Below are positions 62,301 through 64,000 of a stretch of 64,000 nt of DNA, in pieces. The notes under the pieces are model-generated. The model did not search any database. It was not told the DNA's origin and was given only the letters and a program-made list of their open reading frames with translations. Numbering within the stretch: the first letter of the stretch is position 1; every line of letters begins with the position of its first letter. The position numbers were made by a program, and so were the translations under genes. The stretch spans positions 34,412,001-34,476,000 of the forward strand of contig NW_024704743.1 of the NCBI RefSeq assembly GCF_018977255.1, given 5' to 3'. Origin of the DNA: Callorhinchus milii (lineage: Eukaryota).

Positions 62301-62428
62301 AACATTGCAAGGATTATTATTACTACAATAGAATGCTTGTATATTGTATCATTTCTATTTCTTCACAGCTGTGCATTTTTTTTGTTTACAGGATGGAGAA
62401 TGGTGACAGGAAGGAGATTGATTATTAG
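23363..62428 (+). CDS. SYCP2L: SYCP2L (synaptonemal complex protein 2-like), multi-exon gene; carries a 1-bp frameshift in exon 4 as assembled
   Basis: About 31 exons with mostly consistent phases. Peptides [85 protein letters not shown] and [30 protein letters not shown] match the SYCP2 family. They are closer to recalled human SYCP2L than to SYCP2, and the central region is short as in SYCP2L. Confidence 0.9.
24215..24280 (+). CDS. SYCP2L: SYCP2L exon 2 ([22 protein letters not shown])
   Basis: ttttaaag acceptor, gtaaag donor, 66 nt open, phase 0-0. Confidence 0.6.
25325..25462 (+). CDS. SYCP2L: SYCP2L exon 3 ([18 protein letters not shown]...KVDKLAHK)
   Basis: AG/GT bounded, 138 nt; similar to SYCP2L LQSLITDAFHDKGFQKI...LDRSINK. 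Confidence 0.88.
25552..25670 (+). CDS. SYCP2L: SYCP2L exon 4 ([14 protein letters not shown][fs][25 protein letters not shown]), frameshifted
   Basis: 119 nt versus 120 expected from the 40-aa homologous segment [20 protein letters not shown]...QGLIPK. Followed by ataagt. Confidence 0.85.
25821..26418 (+). mobile_element. Penelope-like GIY-YIG relic fused to a full SINE (26110-26418), copy 1
   Basis: Colinear with 55644-56262; contains [24 protein letters not shown] sequence. Confidence 0.8.
27692..28434 (+). mobile_element. Two long-form SINEs in head-to-tail tandem (27692-28058, 28063-28434)
   Basis: Each has a tggagt..gtag head, a ctgtttacctagcagt insert, the core and the tail. Confidence 0.85.
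28792..28896 (+). CDS. SYCP2L: SYCP2L exon 5 ([13 protein letters not shown]...[10 protein letters not shown])
   Basis: 35 codons like LVSWFERTT...VIEDFFDTAL; preceded by ttttac, followed by gtaagt. Confidence 0.88.
28991..29015 (+). CDS. SYCP2L: SYCP2L exon 6 (VICKCSSE-G)
   Basis: 25 nt, tttag/gtaagg, similar to IISRSSSEG. Confidence 0.85.
29600..29685 (+). CDS. SYCP2L: SYCP2L exon 7 ([18 protein letters not shown]...LRLE)
   Basis: 86 nt, cacag/gtgaga, phase 1-0. Confidence 0.88.
29767..29852 (+). CDS. SYCP2L: SYCP2L exon 8 ([29 protein letters not shown])
   Basis: 86 nt, ctcag/gtaagt, phase 0-2. Confidence 0.88.
30820..30854 (+). CDS. SYCP2L: SYCP2L exon 9 ([11 protein letters not shown])
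   Basis: 35 nt, aacag/gtaagt, phase 2-1. Confidence 0.88.
31056..31198 (+). CDS. SYCP2L: SYCP2L exon 10 ([14 protein letters not shown]...DAEFET)
   Basis: 143 nt, tttag/gtaagt; most conserved armadillo-like block. Confidence 0.95.
31607..31659 (+). CDS. SYCP2L: SYCP2L exon 11 ([18 protein letters not shown])
   Basis: 53 nt, aag/gtagga. Confidence 0.92.
31754..31799 (+). CDS. SYCP2L: SYCP2L exon 12 ([15 protein letters not shown])
   Basis: 46 nt, ctgcag/gtgagt. Confidence 0.92.
32520..33238 (+). mobile_element. Degenerate L2 LINE 3' part
   Basis: [33 protein letters not shown], tail. Confidence 0.85.
33673..33777 (+). CDS. SYCP2L: SYCP2L exon 13 ([35 protein letters not shown])
   Basis: 105 nt, cccag/gtaaga; contains the FWIDFNLGS family signature. 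Confidence 0.95.
34474..34611. mobile_element. 138-bp hAT-type MITE nested in an old SINE
   Basis: 8-bp TSD ACAGCACC (34466-34473 and 34612-34619); ends AGGGGC...GCCCCTG. Confidence 0.6.
35030..37182 (+). mobile_element. 5'-truncated CR1 LINE (ORF2 RT), frameshifted
   Basis: [57 protein letters not shown]; 3' end gcctgtttctgtgctgtatattcta. Confidence 0.95.
37782..37842 (+). CDS. SYCP2L: SYCP2L exon 14 ([21 protein letters not shown])
   Basis: 61 nt, tttcag/gtactc. Confidence 0.88.
38478..38793 (+). mobile_element. Young short-form SINE inserted into an older SINE (38384-38833)
   Basis: Host sequence ...ccaaagaga|aggaagtttcttctg matches the uninterrupted copy at 37430-37475. Confidence 0.85.
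39494..39642 (+). CDS. SYCP2L: SYCP2L exon 15 ([30 protein letters not shown]...YGDEKLM)
   Basis: 149 nt; ends at the homologous M, followed by gcaagt (GC donor). Confidence 0.88.
40420..41068 (+). mobile_element. L2 LINE 3' part
   Basis: [22 protein letters not shown], (GTT)n tail. Confidence 0.85.
41545..41675 (-). mobile_element. CR1 fragment
   Basis: [37 protein letters not shown]. Confidence 0.85.
42014..42172 (+). CDS. SYCP2L: SYCP2L exon ([13 protein letters not shown]...YSRLLK)
   Basis: 159 nt open, tttaag/gtatga; IPETQ resembles the VPESQ motif of SYCP2. Confidence 0.75.
42981..43112 (+). repeat. 40-bp tandem repeat x3 at the L2 3' end
   Basis: GGGGGAAATGGTCAGGGTGAGGGAAGGGAGGGAGCGAGGA units at 42981, 43021, 43061. 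Confidence 0.9.
43928..44253 (-). mobile_element. Full-length young tRNA(Ala-like)-derived SINE nested in L2
   Basis: Head tggagtcctgtagctcagtggttagagcactcgctttgcaagcgagagacctgagttcaattcc; core; (ATT)n tail. Confidence 0.95.
45063..45123 (+). CDS. SYCP2L: SYCP2L exon ([20 protein letters not shown])
   Basis: ttccag/gtaagt, phase 0-1. Confidence 0.65.
45377..45438 (+). CDS. SYCP2L: SYCP2L exon ([20 protein letters not shown]); 3' boundary uncertain
   Basis: atacag acceptor, gtacgt donor; frame stays open further downstream. Confidence 0.5.
46571..46614 (+). CDS. SYCP2L: SYCP2L exon ([14 protein letters not shown])
   Basis: cctag/gttagg, phase 2-1; a small linking exon near 45693-45735 is probably required. 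Confidence 0.5.
46719..46785 (+). CDS. SYCP2L: SYCP2L exon ([23 protein letters not shown])
   Basis: aacag/gtatgt, phase 1-2. Confidence 0.6.
47555..47599 (+). CDS. SYCP2L: SYCP2L exon ([14 protein letters not shown])
   Basis: tttccag/gtaagc, phase 2-2. Confidence 0.6.
48352..48415 (+). CDS. SYCP2L: SYCP2L exon ([20 protein letters not shown])
   Basis: tgtag/gtatgt, phase 1-2; upstream phase link unresolved. Confidence 0.55.
49277..49319 (+). CDS. SYCP2L: SYCP2L exon ([14 protein letters not shown])
   Basis: ttttcag/gtaaaa, phase 2-0. Confidence 0.55.
49981..50143 (+). CDS. SYCP2L: SYCP2L exon ([17 protein letters not shown]...SWVPNSQ...NTPLR)
   Basis: 163 nt open; resembles SYCP2L RKHLFSES..LSW..KSY..NLR. 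Confidence 0.8.
50236..50285 (+). CDS. SYCP2L: SYCP2L exon ([17 protein letters not shown])
   Basis: ataag/gtaaga, phase 1-0. Confidence 0.75.
50306..50613 (-). mobile_element. Short-form SINE
   Basis: Head, core and tail present. Confidence 0.9.
51511..51637 (+). CDS. SYCP2L: SYCP2L exon ([13 protein letters not shown]...KPRNTK)
   Basis: ttcaag/gtaact, 127 nt open, phase 0-1. Confidence 0.6.
51657..51969 (-). mobile_element. Short-form SINE (same subfamily as the 50306 copy)
   Basis: Head, core and tail present; shared diagnostic tcaggtacgtgg. Confidence 0.9.
52357..52412 (+). CDS. SYCP2L: SYCP2L exon ([18 protein letters not shown])
   Basis: ttttcag/gtagcc, phase 1-0. Confidence 0.6.
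52695..54864 (+). mobile_element. 5'-truncated L2 LINE, frameshifted
   Basis: [48 protein letters not shown], (GTT)n tail. Confidence 0.95.
55231..55306 (+). CDS. SYCP2L: SYCP2L exon ([25 protein letters not shown])
   Basis: tttctag/gtatgt, phase 0-1. Confidence 0.6.
55644..56532 (+). mobile_element. Non-autonomous Penelope-like element containing a SINE (55956-56262), copy 2
   Basis: [41 protein letters not shown] (GIY-YIG C-terminus); end ctgacaaagg...catagatgctgcctgacctactgag...ttctgtttt. Confidence 0.8.
57609..57794 (+). CDS. SYCP2L: SYCP2L exon (DKDFTAQ...LKPKRLFS...SPLK); alternative donor after 57773
   Basis: ttacag acceptor, open frame, phase 1-1. Confidence 0.7.
58211..58323 (+). 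CDS. SYCP2L: SYCP2L exon (EADES...[18 protein letters not shown])
   Basis: ccag/gtaaac; start of the C-terminal coiled coil (cf. AFENFTKK). Confidence 0.82.
58449..58543 (+). CDS. SYCP2L: SYCP2L exon ([12 protein letters not shown]...[10 protein letters not shown])
   Basis: ttctag/gtctga, phase 0-2; cf. LLNQMQLFR. Confidence 0.8.
59580..59679 (+). CDS. SYCP2L: SYCP2L exon ([33 protein letters not shown])
   Basis: tagcag/gtgcgt, phase 2-0; conserved coiled coil. Confidence 0.88.
59765..59823 (+). CDS. SYCP2L: SYCP2L exon ([20 protein letters not shown])
   Basis: cacag/gtgagg; cf. EFWGKQSADLQSF. Confidence 0.88.
60610..60667 (+). CDS. SYCP2L: SYCP2L exon ([18 protein letters not shown]), or spliced at 60663
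   Basis: Strong tttttcag acceptor, phase 2; TAA at 60665-60667 overlaps a gtaact donor. Confidence 0.65.
61952..62190 (-). mobile_element. CR1 LINE 3' end
   Basis: acataggaacatcggaattaggaggagtaggccatttggcccctcgag..., typical reverse-strand CR1 tail. Confidence 0.8.
62392..62428 (+). CDS. SYCP2L: Candidate terminal SYCP2L coding exon ([11 protein letters not shown])
   Basis: Strong ttttttttgtttacag acceptor; phase 2 fits a donor at 60664. Confidence 0.45.
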
Positions 62429-64000
62429 TTGATTGCTTCCAATGCAAACAACCACAGTTTGGTAAAGTGTAGAGAGAGCAAAGGAGCTTCTGAAGGAAGT
62501 TTAACTTCAATAATCAATAGCCACTTTTTCATTGGTGTTATAGGATCTAGATGTGATGTTGGATTAACTCCACATCTGAAGAACGGCGTCTTCAACTATG
62601 CAGCACCACCCCAGAATTGCACTAGAATGTCTGCTGCGAATATGAACTCATAAGTCCCGATGTGGGGCTTGAACACAATACCTCCTATCTCAGAGGTGAA
62701 AATGCCAACTGAGCCAAGCCACTTTTAAGAAGATTAAATAAGAAGGGCCCATGGGATTGATTTTCACCTTTATGTAATAATATTGTTTGTAAGAGTGGGT
62801 CTGAGTGAACTTTCAGTTCAATGTTTTACATTGAAGGTGTTGTGATGGAACTGTATCTTCATAATTTGTAGGAAAACTGGTCTGAGACAAATCTGATATT
62901 CTTTACCTTCAGTGTTTTATACTGGGGTTTTGTTCCTAGTATTTGAGTTGTATAAGGTGAACGGCTTCATAAAGGTGTCTCCATGTTGGCCTGGGATAGT
63001 GTGATCATTACAGCCAGGTGTCTTAGACCTTTTAGTGTGTGTATGGCATTTTCACCTCTGGCATAGAAGGTATTACTAATCCTTTCAAGTTGGACATTCT
63101 GAATGTCTAGATATTTCTAAGAGAAGATTTGTAAACTATTATACAACTCACCTAGTTTTTTCATAGTTACTTAATTTGGTTTCGGTAAATACATCTATTT
63201 GTGGGTCACCTGGTGTATGTCTATCATAAGTAATCATTACAATTTACCACAAAACTGAGTAATTTGATGGCCAGCCTTAAACCTTAATAAATTAAGCAAT
63301 TTCTGGATCTGGGGAGGCTAACAGTCGCAGAAAGCTTTAAAGTATGTAGATAGGAAACTGGGGTGCCTTCAGTGGTGATCAGACTCATCACAGAAGGCTT
63401 CACTGGTTTATCTTTCCCTGTAGGTGGGATATCTTATTGACAGTCTTTGCAGGTTTATCCTGCAAATTAACCCCCGGACTGAGTGAGAATTTTTAAAACC
63501 AAGTTTTTCATAATCTGCATAAGCTTTTGCCACATTTGAGTTTAATTGGAACACATCTATTATTTTTTTTCCCAAACAGATTAATATTCATTCAGATCAT
63601 TCCTTGTGCATTCAACTTTACTGCTACAAGTTCAAATTAAGTTTTGTTCCCCTTTAAGGGGGAATTGTATTTCTTCATTGGTTTCATTTTTTGACAGAAA
63701 TGTTTCAGTGCCCAGCTTAATGGATGCTAATTCTTTGATATCTCTCTCTTCTCAGAACTATTGATCAGTAGTGAGAGAAAAGCTTTCCATAAATAATGAA
63801 GTAACAGAAGTGAGTGTTAATTTTAAAAACGTTCTGTTGCTCCTGCAACAAAGCCAACTTTATAGTTACAATTTTCCAAAGGGGAAATTGATCACATTTA
63901 AGTTATTTTGCTCCCCTTGACATTGAGCACACAATTGCTTACATTTTATGAAGTACAGCTGCAGTTTCTAACATTTGTGTGAATAGAGAACTAAATGGGA

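Overview
Vertebrate, not prokaryotic, genomic DNA. The repeat content (L2 and CR1 LINEs, tRNA-derived Deu-type SINEs, Penelope relics) and compact introns suggest a cartilaginous fish, possibly a chimaera; this is inference. There are two protein-coding genes on the + strand. RNF182 (RING E3 ligase) has a single coding exon at 7569-8309. A ~31-exon SYCP2L (synaptonemal complex protein 2-like) gene, missed by the ORF track, was reconstructed by hand from ATG 23363 to a stop at 60667 or 62428. The most unusual signals are in SYCP2L: a probable U2-type AT-AC intron (25671-28791); a 1-bp frameshift in the exon just before it; a 56-bp, 54/56-matched non-transposon inverted repeat bracketing exons 7-8, with an ADAR-type UAG A.C mismatch; and a GC-AG intron. 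The transposon landscape includes a Penelope-SINE composite present twice, SINE and L2 copies sharing a covarying 3' stem-loop, nested insertions and a hAT-type MITE. Most short ORFs in the track are LINE fragments or noise. Homology calls rest on recalled human sequences; no searches were run.
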